Below, piece by piece: positions 49,580 to 58,793 of a stretch of 64,000 nucleotides of DNA. Each line of letters begins with the position of its first letter. The stretch's first letter is position 1. The position numbers were made by a program, and so were the translations under genes. Source of the stretch: a virus; the IMG/VR virus record IMGVR_UViG_3300032116_000147, positions 4,966-68,965 of that record; one strand, given 5' to 3'. The notes under the pieces were generated by a model. The model saw nothing but the letters and a program-made list of their open reading frames with translations, was not told where the DNA came from and did not search any database.

Positions 49580-50086
49580 ATGAAGTATATCTTGTTTTTG
49601 TTCGGTAAAAGTGATAATCAAGAAGTTTTTGTTGAGAAAATCGCGAAGTTTCTGAGTGACTCAATGAGAAGTGATTCCGTTAGATTTTATTTTGGTGATA
49701 CTGCGGCGGTGTTTACGTTTGATACGGATTTAAATTTAAAAAATGTTACATCTAACCTTGATGAATTATTTAGTAATCCTGAAATAATTTATTTCCTTTT
49801 ACCATACACGACTGACAAATTGTCAGTTAAACTTGACTCCATCACAAAAACTCACCTATTTGGCACTGATGATGATATTATTACTGATAATGAATTTTTG
49901 AAAATTCTTAAAGATAGAATCGAAAAAAATCTTATATTTGACGAAGAAGATGAAGACGTTGACCTTTGTTTGACTAACAAAGTAAAAGAGCCGTCACTTG
50001 ATAATATTTTAGATAAAATATCTAACAGTGGTTTATCTTCTTTAAGTGAATATGAAAAAAACCTTTTAAACGAATACTCAAAATAA
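49580..50086 (+). CDS. Hypothetical protein with C-terminal LDxILDKIxxxGxxSL motif (DUF6576-like)
   Basis: LDNILDKISNSGLSSLSEYEKNLL. Confidence 0.65.
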   Translation: MKYILFLFGKSDNQEVFVEKIAKFLSDSMRSDSVRFYFGDTAAVFTFDTDLNLKNVTSNLDELFSNPEIIYFLLPYTTDKLSVKLDSITKTHLFGTDDDIITDNEFLKILKDRIEKNLIFDEEDEDVDLCLTNKVKEPSLDNILDKISNSGLSSLSEYEKNLLNEYSK

Positions 50087-50090
50087 AAAT

Positions 50091-50891
50091 ATGAAACAAA
50101 AAAACTCATCAATACCGATTAACCAAGAAGAAATTCAACATTACTTGAAAGATATTCGTAGAATAAAAGTAATGACTCCTGAACGTGAGAAAGAATTAGC
50201 CAAAATAATACTTGACGGAGACATTTCAGAAAAAGAAAGACAAAAAATTAATAAAGAACTTTTAGAGGGTAACTTACGATTTGTGATAACAGTTGCCAAA
50301 CAATATCAAAATCAAGGTTTAGATTTTCCTGACCTTATTGCTGAAGGTAATTTAGGTTTAATGAAAGCGATACAAAATTTTGATTGGTCAAAAAATCTAA
50401 GATTTATCTCTTACGCTGTTTGGTGGGTTAAGCAATCAATTTTACAATCTTTGAATGATAATTCAAGAACAATTAGATTACCTGTGAATGTTGTTCAAGA
50501 TTTACAAAGAGCTAAGAAAGAAGTTGAAAACAAAGGTGGTAAATTAGAGGATAGGTTTGAAAATTTACCGTCAATTATTGATTTGGACATGTATATCAAT
50601 GAAGAGGGTGATACTTTAGTAGATATACTTAAAAATGAAGGGGCGGATATGCCTGACGCCAATTTTAACAATGAGGATATACTTAAATCAGAATTGATGA
50701 CAATCCTTAATATATTGGATGAAAGAGAAAAGGTTATTATCCAAGATTATTTTGGGATATCAGGTACACCAAGAACATTAGAAGATATCGGTGGTGATTT
50801 TAACTTAACTAAAGAAAGAGTTAGACAGATTAAAGAAAAGGCTCTTCGAAAATTAAGGAATGAGAGTTCAATTTTATTTGACTACTTGTAG
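50091..50891 (+). CDS. RNA polymerase sigma-70 factor (RpoD/RpoH-type, lacking region 1.1)
   Basis: YLKDI, NLRFVITVAKQYQNQG, DLIAEGNLGL, RFISYAVWWVKQSI, RTIRLP, TLEDIG..LTKERVRQIKEKALRKLR. Confidence 0.95.
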   Translation: MKQKNSSIPINQEEIQHYLKDIRRIKVMTPEREKELAKIILDGDISEKERQKINKELLEGNLRFVITVAKQYQNQGLDFPDLIAEGNLGLMKAIQNFDWSKNLRFISYAVWWVKQSILQSLNDNSRTIRLPVNVVQDLQRAKKEVENKGGKLEDRFENLPSIIDLDMYINEEGDTLVDILKNEGADMPDANFNNEDILKSELMTILNILDEREKVIIQDYFGISGTPRTLEDIGGDFNLTKERVRQIKEKALRKLRNESSILFDYL

Positions 50892-50899
50892 AAAAAAGA

Positions 50900-50933
50900 A
50901 AAACCTTCTATTTATTATGATAGAAGGTTTTTT
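50900..50933 (+). terminator. Terminator hairpin with an embedded TATTTAT element
   Basis: AAACCTTCTAT / ATAGAAGGTTT stem with A-rich 5' flank and T-rich 3' flank; TATTTAT at 50909-50915. Confidence 0.8.
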
Positions 50934-50953
50934 ATTTTATAGGAAAAATTATT

Positions 50954-51283
50954 ATGAAAAATTTTATTGAACTGTTAAAAAAATATAAGTTGTATATATT
51001 ATCGGCTTTGTTTGTTATTTTCTTTTTTAGGTCTTGTAGTAAATCAGGACAAGTAAATAAACTTGAAAAAACTGAAATTAAGAAAGAAAAAGTAATAGAT
51101 AGTCTAAGTAACGTCATTAAGAGTCAAGAATATACAATCAATAATATCTCAGAAGTTATCAGATTAGAAAAAATCAAAGTTCACACTGATTACGATAATT
51201 ACATTTCAGGTAAAGACAGAGGTGAACAACTAATGGAACTTCATATGAAAGTTAAACAAAATATTAAAGATTTACAAAAATGA
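50954..51283 (+). CDS. Membrane-anchored coiled-coil protein, lysis cluster
   Basis: N-terminal hydrophobic helix ending FFRSC (lipobox-like). Confidence 0.55.
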   Translation: MKNFIELLKKYKLYILSALFVIFFFRSCSKSGQVNKLEKTEIKKEKVIDSLSNVIKSQEYTINNISEVIRLEKIKVHTDYDNYISGKDRGEQLMELHMKVKQNIKDLQK

Positions 51284-52017
51284 GTAAAATTTGGGAATGG
51301 ATAAAAAATAATCCAAACAGGACTATGTTTTTAGTTCCTATTTTTTTAGTTGCTGGAATATCTATTTCACACGTTGTTTCTTGGTATGATATTGCGAATC
51401 CATTTAGTTGGGCGGTTTATTTATCTATAGCTATTGAGGTGGGAGCGATGACCGCTTTGGTTGCTGCTACTAATAAGATTAAAGGTGGTGTTTGGTTTAT
51501 GTTTGGTCTCATAACATTAATTCAAATGATAGGGAATGTCTTTTTCTCATATAAAGAGATTGATGCTAATAGTGATTTATTTAAATCTTGGGTTGAGTTA
51601 ACAGGACCTTTATTTGAAGGTTTAGGTTCTGACCCATCAGATATTATATCACAAAAAAGATGGTTGGCATTTTTAGAAGGTGGGTTACTCCCAATAATTT
51701 CACTAACATCGTTACATTTCTTTACAAAGTATGAGAGTAGTAAAAATAATGATGAAATCGTAAAAGAAGATAAGGAAAAATATATTGAAGATGTAAAATT
51801 AAAGATAACACAAGAAGAACCTCAGCAAGTTGAAATTGAACATTCATTCCAAGAGGAAATTACAGATGTTGATTTTAAAAAAATTATAGAAGAAGAAATT
51901 GTACATGATGAGGTTACAGAAACTTTAAACATTGATGAAAATAATAATCAAAATGAAGATTTAAATGTTGATGAATCAAATCAAAAAAAAAGATTACATT
52001 ACAGTAAGAATAATTAA
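51280..52017 (+). CDS. Multi-pass membrane protein, holin candidate
   Basis: About four hydrophobic helices and an acidic tail; directly upstream of the amidase. Confidence 0.5.
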   Translation: MSKIWEWIKNNPNRTMFLVPIFLVAGISISHVVSWYDIANPFSWAVYLSIAIEVGAMTALVAATNKIKGGVWFMFGLITLIQMIGNVFFSYKEIDANSDLFKSWVELTGPLFEGLGSDPSDIISQKRWLAFLEGGLLPIISLTSLHFFTKYESSKNNDEIVKEDKEKYIEDVKLKITQEEPQQVEIEHSFQEEITDVDFKKIIEEEIVHDEVTETLNIDENNNQNEDLNVDESNQKKRLHYSKNN

Positions 52018-52030
52018 TTTTTTTATATGA

Positions 52031-52639
52031 TTGATGTTAAATATAATTAAATATGATAATTTCAAATCAATAGGTAAAAACTATAATAAGAAACAAATTA
52101 TCTTAACTCATACATCAACAAAGTTAGAAAATTATTTAACTGGTCTCAAATATAGGTTTAATAAATCTTATTCTAAAATTCCTAATTACATTGTGGATAC
52201 TGATGGTAGGGTAATTCATCTACTTGAAAATGAAGATTATAGTGAATTCTTCCAAAATTCAGAAATAAATCAAAATTCGATAATAATTTCTTTAGAAAAT
52301 TTGGGTTGGTTAAATAAAGAACCTCTGAATAATCATTACGTTAACTGGATTGGTGATATTTATAAAGGTAAAGTTTTTGAAAGAAAATGGAGAGAACGTT
52401 TTTTTTGGCATCCATATACTACATACCAAATTGAAAGTTTAGCAAAACTTTGTAATTTGATATTTGAAAATACGAAAATTGAAAAAAATGTTTTAGGACA
52501 TAATACAAAAATAAATGGAATAGAAAAATTCAAAGGTGTTGTTACAAGAAGTAATTTTTATAATTATTTTACCGATGTGAACCCTTCCTTTGATTTTGAA
52601 TTATTTATAAAAAAAATAGAAGATGAACAATTCACATGA
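52031..52639 (+). CDS. N-acetylmuramoyl-L-alanine amidase (Amidase_2-like), endolysin candidate
   Basis: IILTHT, NYIVDTDGRV, NSIIISLEN, YQIESLAKL, VLGHN, DVNPSFD. Confidence 0.75.
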   Translation: MMLNIIKYDNFKSIGKNYNKKQIILTHTSTKLENYLTGLKYRFNKSYSKIPNYIVDTDGRVIHLLENEDYSEFFQNSEINQNSIIISLENLGWLNKEPLNNHYVNWIGDIYKGKVFERKWRERFFWHPYTTYQIESLAKLCNLIFENTKIEKNVLGHNTKINGIEKFKGVVTRSNFYNYFTDVNPSFDFELFIKKIEDEQFT

Positions 52640-53228
52640 TGAAATAAAAAAATTATTGAAAGCGTCAAGAAGTATGCTTTCAAATACATGGTCTAATTTA
52701 CAAAATGAAGAGATTAAAAGTAAGTATAATATTATAAGTGAACAAGTCGGTATTGAAGGTTCATCTGTAGTTGACAAAATGAATATAACAAAATCAGTTG
52801 TAGATAGGATTGACGATGACGTAAAAACAAAAGAAGATAAATCTCAGGCATATAGAATTTCTGGGGGGATATTAGTTTTAAACGGTAAAGAACAATCTGA
52901 ATTAGAGTTAACTACTGATGAAAAAATTGCGTTTCAAGAAACAATGGATGAGTTTGTTGCGGAAGTATCTGACTTAGTTGATTTTAATAAATTGAACGTT
53001 TACAAAAATAATGTTGAATGGTCAGGTAAAATTATAGATTTTGACATAGATTTTTTCTTTTCGATAGGTGAAGAAAACGGAATGTATATTAATGGAGAAA
53101 TGATTAAAACAGACCAAAGTTTTTTGGAATTATTAGAAAAATTAAAAGTTTTTTATGAAAAATTTAAATCAAAATGGTCTAAAATTTTAGCATCAAGAAA
53201 GAAAACTAAAAAAGAAAATGAAGAATAA
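52623..53228 (+). CDS. Hypothetical protein
   Basis: 201-aa ORF preceded by TATTTAT (52602-52608). Confidence 0.7.
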   Translation: MNNSHDEIKKLLKASRSMLSNTWSNLQNEEIKSKYNIISEQVGIEGSSVVDKMNITKSVVDRIDDDVKTKEDKSQAYRISGGILVLNGKEQSELELTTDEKIAFQETMDEFVAEVSDLVDFNKLNVYKNNVEWSGKIIDFDIDFFFSIGEENGMYINGEMIKTDQSFLELLEKLKVFYEKFKSKWSKILASRKKTKKENEE

Positions 53229-53559
53229 TAGTATAGTTAGTATTTTATTTTTAATTATAATTGGTCTTTTTGTTTATGATATTGTTACAACAAATAAGAT
53301 AAAGACTGATATTGAAAAATACCAAACTTCAATAGATAGTATCCAAACTAAAATTGATTCAGTATCATTAATTAACAAAGAATTGGATAATAAATTGGCT
53401 GAGCTTGATACAAATATCACAGAAATTACTCAGGAAATTGAATTAGTTGATAACAACATAAACATTATAAAAACGAAAACAAATGAAAAAGTTGATGCTG
53501 TTGACCATTATGATAATGATGAGCTTAATAAGTTTTTCACAGGTAGATACGGGAGCTAA
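53218..53559 (+). CDS. Inner-membrane spanin-like protein
   Basis: N-terminal TM helix followed by coiled coil; overlaps the next gene by 77 nt. Confidence 0.55.
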   Translation: MKNNSIVSILFLIIIGLFVYDIVTTNKIKTDIEKYQTSIDSIQTKIDSVSLINKELDNKLAELDTNITEITQEIELVDNNINIIKTKTNEKVDAVDHYDNDELNKFFTGRYGS

Positions 53560-53905
53560 AGATACGACTAAAGTTATTATTAGTTCACAAGTTGCTAGAA
53601 AGATTGCTAAAGATTTAGTTAAATTAGAAGGGTGTCTCCAAGAGAATCAAGAATTATATTCAAAGATATCATTACTTGAAGATAGAGAAAAACAAAAAGA
53701 TAGTAAGATTGAAATCTTAACAGAAAAAGACAAAAACAATCAAATAATAATTGGTGAAAAAGACAAACAAATTGGGTTATATGTTAATATGACTGACGAT
53801 TTACAAAATGAGATTAAAACAACAAATGATAAATCTGTGTGGTGGAGAAGAGGAACAATTGCTTCAACAACAGGATTAATATTATTATTAATAATAGCTT
53901 TTTAA
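53483..53905 (+). CDS. Spanin-partner-like exported coiled-coil protein
   Basis: Signal peptide MKKLMLL..ISFS-Q, coiled coil, C-terminal hydrophobic tail; Rz/Rz1-like overlap. Confidence 0.5.
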   Translation: MKKLMLLTIMIMMSLISFSQVDTGAKDTTKVIISSQVARKIAKDLVKLEGCLQENQELYSKISLLEDREKQKDSKIEILTEKDKNNQIIIGEKDKQIGLYVNMTDDLQNEIKTTNDKSVWWRRGTIASTTGLILLLIIAF

Positions 53906-53909
53906 TTCC

Positions 53910-54848
53910 ATGAAATTAAAAGAAAATATAAATTTAACAGACGTTTTGAAAAAAAAAATATTTTCGAATTCTGATATAACTTCTAGTTCTGATGGAGCAA
54001 TTGAGGCTTTCGGTGTAATAAATAAAGTTTCTCAAGAAGTTGGTGAAGAAAAAATAGTTAAAAGAAAGATACAAAAAAATAAAATAAAAAATTTAATTGG
54101 AAACGTAAAAATGGATAAACCAATTGGTAAATTGTTTTCATTAGGTAAATCAACAACTAATGAAAACGCAAGGGCTAAAGAACAATTCAAATTAGATTTA
54201 AAAAATGACCCTGACTTTAATGAATTTAAAAAAGGAGAAAATGAATTTGGGACTCCAAATGTGTCATTAAGTGACCCATTTATTAAAAAGAAAAAATACA
54301 AACACGTTTCTAAAGTTGAAGATTTAGATGAAGATTGGTCTGAAAAATATAAAAAAAGTATAGATTGTAATAATCCTAAAGGATTTTCACAAAAGGCCCA
54401 TTGTCAGGGTAAAAAAAAGAAAGGAGAACAAAGTGAAGCTACGGGTAGTGGTTCTGCTGGAGGTTTTATGGCACCCGTAGGGTTTGACCCTAATAGTGAT
54501 TTTGTTAAAAGAAGTTTTTCTGAAAAACCTAAAAAGATTGAAACCAAAGAAGCGACTGGTTCAGGTTCTGCTGGTTCATACGAAACTAATTCAATTTGGG
54601 CTAAATCAAAAAGTAAAAAAGATTGGAGAGGTGCTTCTAAGACACAAATACCTGGAGGTAAATTTGTTCAGGTTAAGAAAAAATGTAAAAAGTTTCCATA
54701 TTGTAATCAAGGTGATATTAAAGCATTGAATATATGGGAAAATGAAACTTTAAAAAAAGTTATATCTAACGTAAGTCAAAAATACAATATTAGTGAAGAT
54801 GTTGTAAAAAATATCATAGCTTACGAATATGATTTAATTAAAAGCTAA
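53910..54848 (+). CDS. Hypothetical basic protein with short Cys motifs and EATGSGSAG repeats
   Basis: WSEKYKKSIDCNNPKGFSQKAHC, two EATGSGSAG copies, KCKKFPYCNQG. Confidence 0.7.
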   Translation: MKLKENINLTDVLKKKIFSNSDITSSSDGAIEAFGVINKVSQEVGEEKIVKRKIQKNKIKNLIGNVKMDKPIGKLFSLGKSTTNENARAKEQFKLDLKNDPDFNEFKKGENEFGTPNVSLSDPFIKKKKYKHVSKVEDLDEDWSEKYKKSIDCNNPKGFSQKAHCQGKKKKGEQSEATGSGSAGGFMAPVGFDPNSDFVKRSFSEKPKKIETKEATGSGSAGSYETNSIWAKSKSKKDWRGASKTQIPGGKFVQVKKKCKKFPYCNQGDIKALNIWENETLKKVISNVSQKYNISEDVVKNIIAYEYDLIKS

Positions 54849-54877
54849 AATAATAGATATTTATAAAGAAAAAAAAA

Positions 54878-56416
54878 ATGAAAAACTCTAAAGACAAATA
54901 CATCAATTCATTAGTTTCAAAATTAATTAATGAAACTTTAAATGAGAAGGCAGACAGTTTAGTATCAAAAATCAAATCAAGTATGGATGAAGATTTGGGA
55001 GGTATGGAAGATTCACATCCTCGTTTTGGTAACCTTAGATTTTCTGATTACACAAGTGATGAAATTAAAGATATGTTAAGAAAACCAATGATTGAACCAA
55101 TGGATATTACAGTTGATGACGAAGAAGGATATGATGATGAAGATGATATGATGTATGTACCAAAAAGACGAAAGTCTAGTTTTGAAGACGATGAAGAAGA
55201 TGAATATGATTCTTATGAAAATATGTACGAAGAATTAGAAGAAGGTATGGGTATGGCTTGTGAGTCATGTGGTGGAAATTTATCTGAAGGTGAATGTACT
55301 GAATGTGGATGGTCTAAAGACTCAATGGAAGAAGAATATGGTATAGAAACTAAATTTAGACCTGCAGGGTCATCATTTGACTATGTTCAAGAAGAAGATA
55401 TGGAAGATGAAGAGGGTATAGACCAAGATATGTCTTCAGCTTATGACGAAAGAGTATCAAGATTTTGTGACACTGAAAGTGAAGATTATAATGAAGAATC
55501 TTGTAACTACTTGAAGAATGATTTTTTAACTGAAGAAATGAAAGAAGCTCTTCACGGTAAACAAAGAAAATTAGATAAGAACAAAAATAATAAGATTGAT
55601 TCTGAAGATTTTAAAATGTTGAGAAAAGGTAAGAAGGAGACCAAAGAAAGTAGTAAACCTGATTTCTTAGATTTAGATAAAGATGGTAATAAAAAAGAAT
55701 CTATGAAATCAGCGGCTAAAGATGTTAAATCAAAGGTTGCCGAATCATTAAAGTTAACTGAAGATGAATTAGTTAGTTTAATAGAAAATATTATTAAAGA
55801 AGAAAAAAAATCAAATATAAAAAATTCTAACACAAGAGGTTTGGATGTTTATCAAAAGGCTCACAGAGGGTCAGGTAAAGAAAATGATGATTATTTAAAA
55901 TCTGTTGCTAAGAAAATGAAAGAATACTTAAAAGACGGTTCTAAAGGTAAATATGATACAAACCCTGATATATTTCCGAAAGGTAATGGTGATTTAGCGA
56001 AAATGTCTAAAAAGGCTTATATCCCATCAGATGCGGTACAAGATTATACTGATAATTTAACCGCGGCAGGTCTTGAGAATTTAGATTATGATGCGATTCA
56101 TCCAAATGAAGATTGGGTTACTGCTAATGTTGAAGGTTCTTCTAAAACAGGTAATAATCCTGATTGGGCGAATACTGGTAAATCTGATGTTAACAAAAAA
56201 AGAAATAAGATTAGAAAGGACAACATGTTAGCTAAAATCAAGAGAAAGGCGTATAATAAATCTCCTCAACCAGTTGTTAATGATAAAACAGGTGAAGACA
56301 CATCTGATAAGTTGATGATGAAACTTGAATCAACTGAGAATAAGAAAAACGAAATATTATCAGAAGAGTTTAACCGAATGAAAAACCTTATGGGTTACAA
56401 TAAAAAAACTCAATAA
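54878..56416 (+). CDS. Acidic low-complexity protein with Zn-ribbon and EF-hand-like loops, probable head/scaffold-associated
   Basis: CESCGG..CTECG; LDKNKNNKIDSEDF; DFLDLDKDGNKKE; C-terminal ILSEEFNRMKNLM; TATTTATA upstream. Confidence 0.65.
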   Translation: MKNSKDKYINSLVSKLINETLNEKADSLVSKIKSSMDEDLGGMEDSHPRFGNLRFSDYTSDEIKDMLRKPMIEPMDITVDDEEGYDDEDDMMYVPKRRKSSFEDDEEDEYDSYENMYEELEEGMGMACESCGGNLSEGECTECGWSKDSMEEEYGIETKFRPAGSSFDYVQEEDMEDEEGIDQDMSSAYDERVSRFCDTESEDYNEESCNYLKNDFLTEEMKEALHGKQRKLDKNKNNKIDSEDFKMLRKGKKETKESSKPDFLDLDKDGNKKESMKSAAKDVKSKVAESLKLTEDELVSLIENIIKEEKKSNIKNSNTRGLDVYQKAHRGSGKENDDYLKSVAKKMKEYLKDGSKGKYDTNPDIFPKGNGDLAKMSKKAYIPSDAVQDYTDNLTAAGLENLDYDAIHPNEDWVTANVEGSSKTGNNPDWANTGKSDVNKKRNKIRKDNMLAKIKRKAYNKSPQPVVNDKTGEDTSDKLMMKLESTENKKNEILSEEFNRMKNLMGYNKKTQ

Positions 56417-56444
56417 TTCACAATTTAAAATAAGTTATTATAAT

Positions 56445-56478
56445 TTCTCCATAAGAGTTTCTTATGGAGAATTTTTTT
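56445..56478 (+). terminator. Terminator hairpin that contains the start codon of the next gene
   Basis: TTCTCCATAAG-AGTTT-CTTATGGAGAA 11-bp stem then T7; ATG 56464 sits in the 3' arm. Confidence 0.75.
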
Positions 56479-56940
56479 AATTATATAACACAATCTTTAC
56501 AAACCGAAGAAGTAGAAATTTGGTTTAAAAGCCAAAATATTTTTCCTGAAAAGTTAGAGTTATTTTTTGATTTTTTACAATCTTTAAATTTAATAATATC
56601 TGAAACCTATTTAGGTGAACCTGATTCACACAGTGAAACAAAAATTGTGATGACTGAAGATGATAAGCATAAACATTTTGTTTGGTGTTGGAATAAAGTA
56701 ATTGACGATTTCTCAAAAGAAGAATTAATCTTTGAAAAAACAGGAGAACATTTTGATTATTTAAAATCTTTTTACGACGATATTTTTTATTTACAAAAAG
56801 AAGAAATAGTAAGAAAATCAATCTCAAAATTTTTTAAAGAACTTTTTGATTTAGAAAAACCTTTCACCAAATCAGATTTAGATATGATTGGTAATATCTA
56901 TAAACTTTTAGATAAGAATATGAAAATTAAAAAAAAATAG
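56464..56940 (+). CDS. Hypothetical protein
   Basis: 158-aa ORF. Confidence 0.7.
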   Translation: MENFFNYITQSLQTEEVEIWFKSQNIFPEKLELFFDFLQSLNLIISETYLGEPDSHSETKIVMTEDDKHKHFVWCWNKVIDDFSKEELIFEKTGEHFDYLKSFYDDIFYLQKEEIVRKSISKFFKELFDLEKPFTKSDLDMIGNIYKLLDKNMKIKKK

Positions 56941-57006
56941 TTTTTATTTACTATGATGAAAAAAAAATTATTTTTTAAAAGATAATAAATACAAATAAAC
57001 AAAACA

Positions 57007-57189
57007 ATGGAAACTATAGAAAAAATTAAAACTTTAACTGACGAATTATCAGTTGACACATCAAAATTTTTTAAAGGTAACAAAAGCGCGGGTACAAGAG
57101 CAAGAAAAACAGCTCAAGAATTGAAGTCGTTGTTACAAATTTTGAGAGGTGAAATTTTAGACGAAAGAAAAAAAACTGAAGATGCTTGA
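57007..57189 (+). CDS. Histone H1-like (Hc1 family) small DNA-binding protein of Bacteroidota type
   Basis: KF..GNKSAGTRARK...LK signature in a 60-aa helical protein. Confidence 0.8.
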   Translation: METIEKIKTLTDELSVDTSKFFKGNKSAGTRARKTAQELKSLLQILRGEILDERKKTEDA

Positions 57190-57370
57190 TATTAATAATT
57201 TATTTTTATTTTTTTTAGTATTTTCAACAATTTCTGTTTTAAGAACAGGATTTATTTTTGTAAGTGCTCTTTTACAAAATCCACCAAAAAAAATGGTTTT
57301 TAATAATAGAGCTCTTACATTTTTAGGTGTATGTTTATCATACATCATTACCTATTTAATCAATTTATAA
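57182..57370 (+). CDS. Small two-TM membrane protein
   Basis: Two hydrophobic helices; overlaps the upstream stop. Confidence 0.65.
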   Translation: MLDINNLFLFFLVFSTISVLRTGFIFVSALLQNPPKKMVFNNRALTFLGVCLSYIITYLINL

Positions 57371-57373
57371 AAA

Positions 57374-57799
57374 ATGAGTTTATTCCAAGAATTTTCAAAA
57401 CTTTTACCTTACTTACAATCAGTTAGAAAATTAGAAAACTATCTAAGTTTCGATGTCCAATTTCCTAAATCATGGAAAATCCTAAAAAAGTACGCTAATG
57501 AGGAAAAAGTAATACAACTAGAATCTAAAAATTCTGACGATAGATTTTTTTCGTTTGTGTCTGAAATTAGTGAAAACGACGTTAATAATATAATTGAAAG
57601 TATTACAAAAATTATTTCATATAATATTGAATTAGAAGAAAAAGAAAAACTTTTTGAATCAAAAGTTAGTGAACTAAAACAAATTTTTGAAAAACAAACT
57701 CTCAATAGTTTAAAAACTTTAGAATTTCAATTACCGAATAAAAAAATAAAATTTAACGAAGATGAAGAGTCAATCAAATCTAAATTGGTTCAAGAGTGA
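57374..57799 (+). CDS. Hypothetical protein
   Basis: 141-aa ORF in the operon. Confidence 0.7.
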   Translation: MSLFQEFSKLLPYLQSVRKLENYLSFDVQFPKSWKILKKYANEEKVIQLESKNSDDRFFSFVSEISENDVNNIIESITKIISYNIELEEKEKLFESKVSELKQIFEKQTLNSLKTLEFQLPNKKIKFNEDEESIKSKLVQE

Positions 57800-57944
57800 A
57801 TTGAATAAGGACAAAGAAGATTTAGAAAAAGAAAAATTAAATTTTATTCAGGAAATAAAAAAACATAAAAAAGAAGAAATTCTTTCAAAGAAAAAAGAAA
57901 AATTATCATTATGGGAACGAATAAAGAAAGTGTTAATGAGTTAG
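57762..57944 (+). CDS. Small hypothetical protein
   Basis: 60 aa, ends in an amphipathic SLWERIKKVL helix. Confidence 0.55.
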   Translation: MKSQSNLNWFKSELNKDKEDLEKEKLNFIQEIKKHKKEEILSKKKEKLSLWERIKKVLMS

Positions 57945-58162
57945 TTGAAAAACTAGCTTTAATAACGGACTCTTTGGATAATGTTTATCCTGAAAGTAAA
58001 AAAATTATTGTTTTAGAAATGAATCAAAACGATTTTAATAATGCTAAATTCCAATTTAACAATCACAATTTAGTTGATAGACAGTTTAGAGTTGAAATAT
58101 CAGGTGTTGAGTTTGTTTTTATTCTGGATGGGTTGTTGAATGTCTCATCAAGTAGTCTTTAG
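57911..58162 (+). CDS. Hypothetical protein
   Basis: 83-aa ORF; its 3' end overlaps the convergent gene. Confidence 0.55.
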   Translation: MGTNKESVNELVEKLALITDSLDNVYPESKKIIVLEMNQNDFNNAKFQFNNHNLVDRQFRVEISGVEFVFILDGLLNVSSSSL

Positions 58163-58760
58163 GAAATCCTTTTTTAACTAAAATTTCGTATAAAAATTTT
58201 CTTTGTGTTGTTGAAGTATCTTTTACTAAAATACAATCCATTTTCCCATTATCAACTAAGAAAGTTTGTAAATTGTCCAAAAATCTTTCAGAATCCGATA
58301 AATTTTTCAAAGTGAACATAAAAAAAGAATCATCATTTTGAACAACTATTTTATTATTTAATTTAGAAATTAGTTTAATTCCGTCTGAATTTATGTATTT
58401 TGATATAAATTCTATAAAATTAATTTTTAATTTAGTTTGAAAATCTAAAATATCTTCTTCTAACTTGTAAGCTTCAATTTTTGTTATTGTATAATCACTA
58501 TCTTCTAACTCTACTTTTACTTGACGACCAAATCCGTCTTTCATAAATATTGGCATTAGTGTGTTTGACGTTTTTTCTAATAACGCTAACTCAAAGTCAC
58601 ATTTTTTACCATTTTCATATTTTTTTTCAAAATATACATCATTGGATTTCTCTATTAAATTTTTAAAAAATTCATTAGCGACTTTATGTTTTTTAAACTT
58701 ATTGATTATTTTTTTTTTTGTTTTATTTTTAAACAAAACAATTAGAAAATTATATTCCAT
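58119..58760 (-). CDS. Hypothetical protein
   Basis: 213-aa minus-strand ORF; local base skew switches to T-rich on the + strand. Confidence 0.75.
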   Translation of the reverse strand: MEYNFLIVLFKNKTKKKIINKFKKHKVANEFFKNLIEKSNDVYFEKKYENGKKCDFELALLEKTSNTLMPIFMKDGFGRQVKVELEDSDYTITKIEAYKLEEDILDFQTKLKINFIEFISKYINSDGIKLISKLNNKIVVQNDDSFFMFTLKNLSDSERFLDNLQTFLVDNGKMDCILVKDTSTTQRKFLYEILVKKGFPKDYLMRHSTTHPE

Positions 58761-58793
58761 TAAATAAAAATAAAAATCAATAATCCCAAGTAA

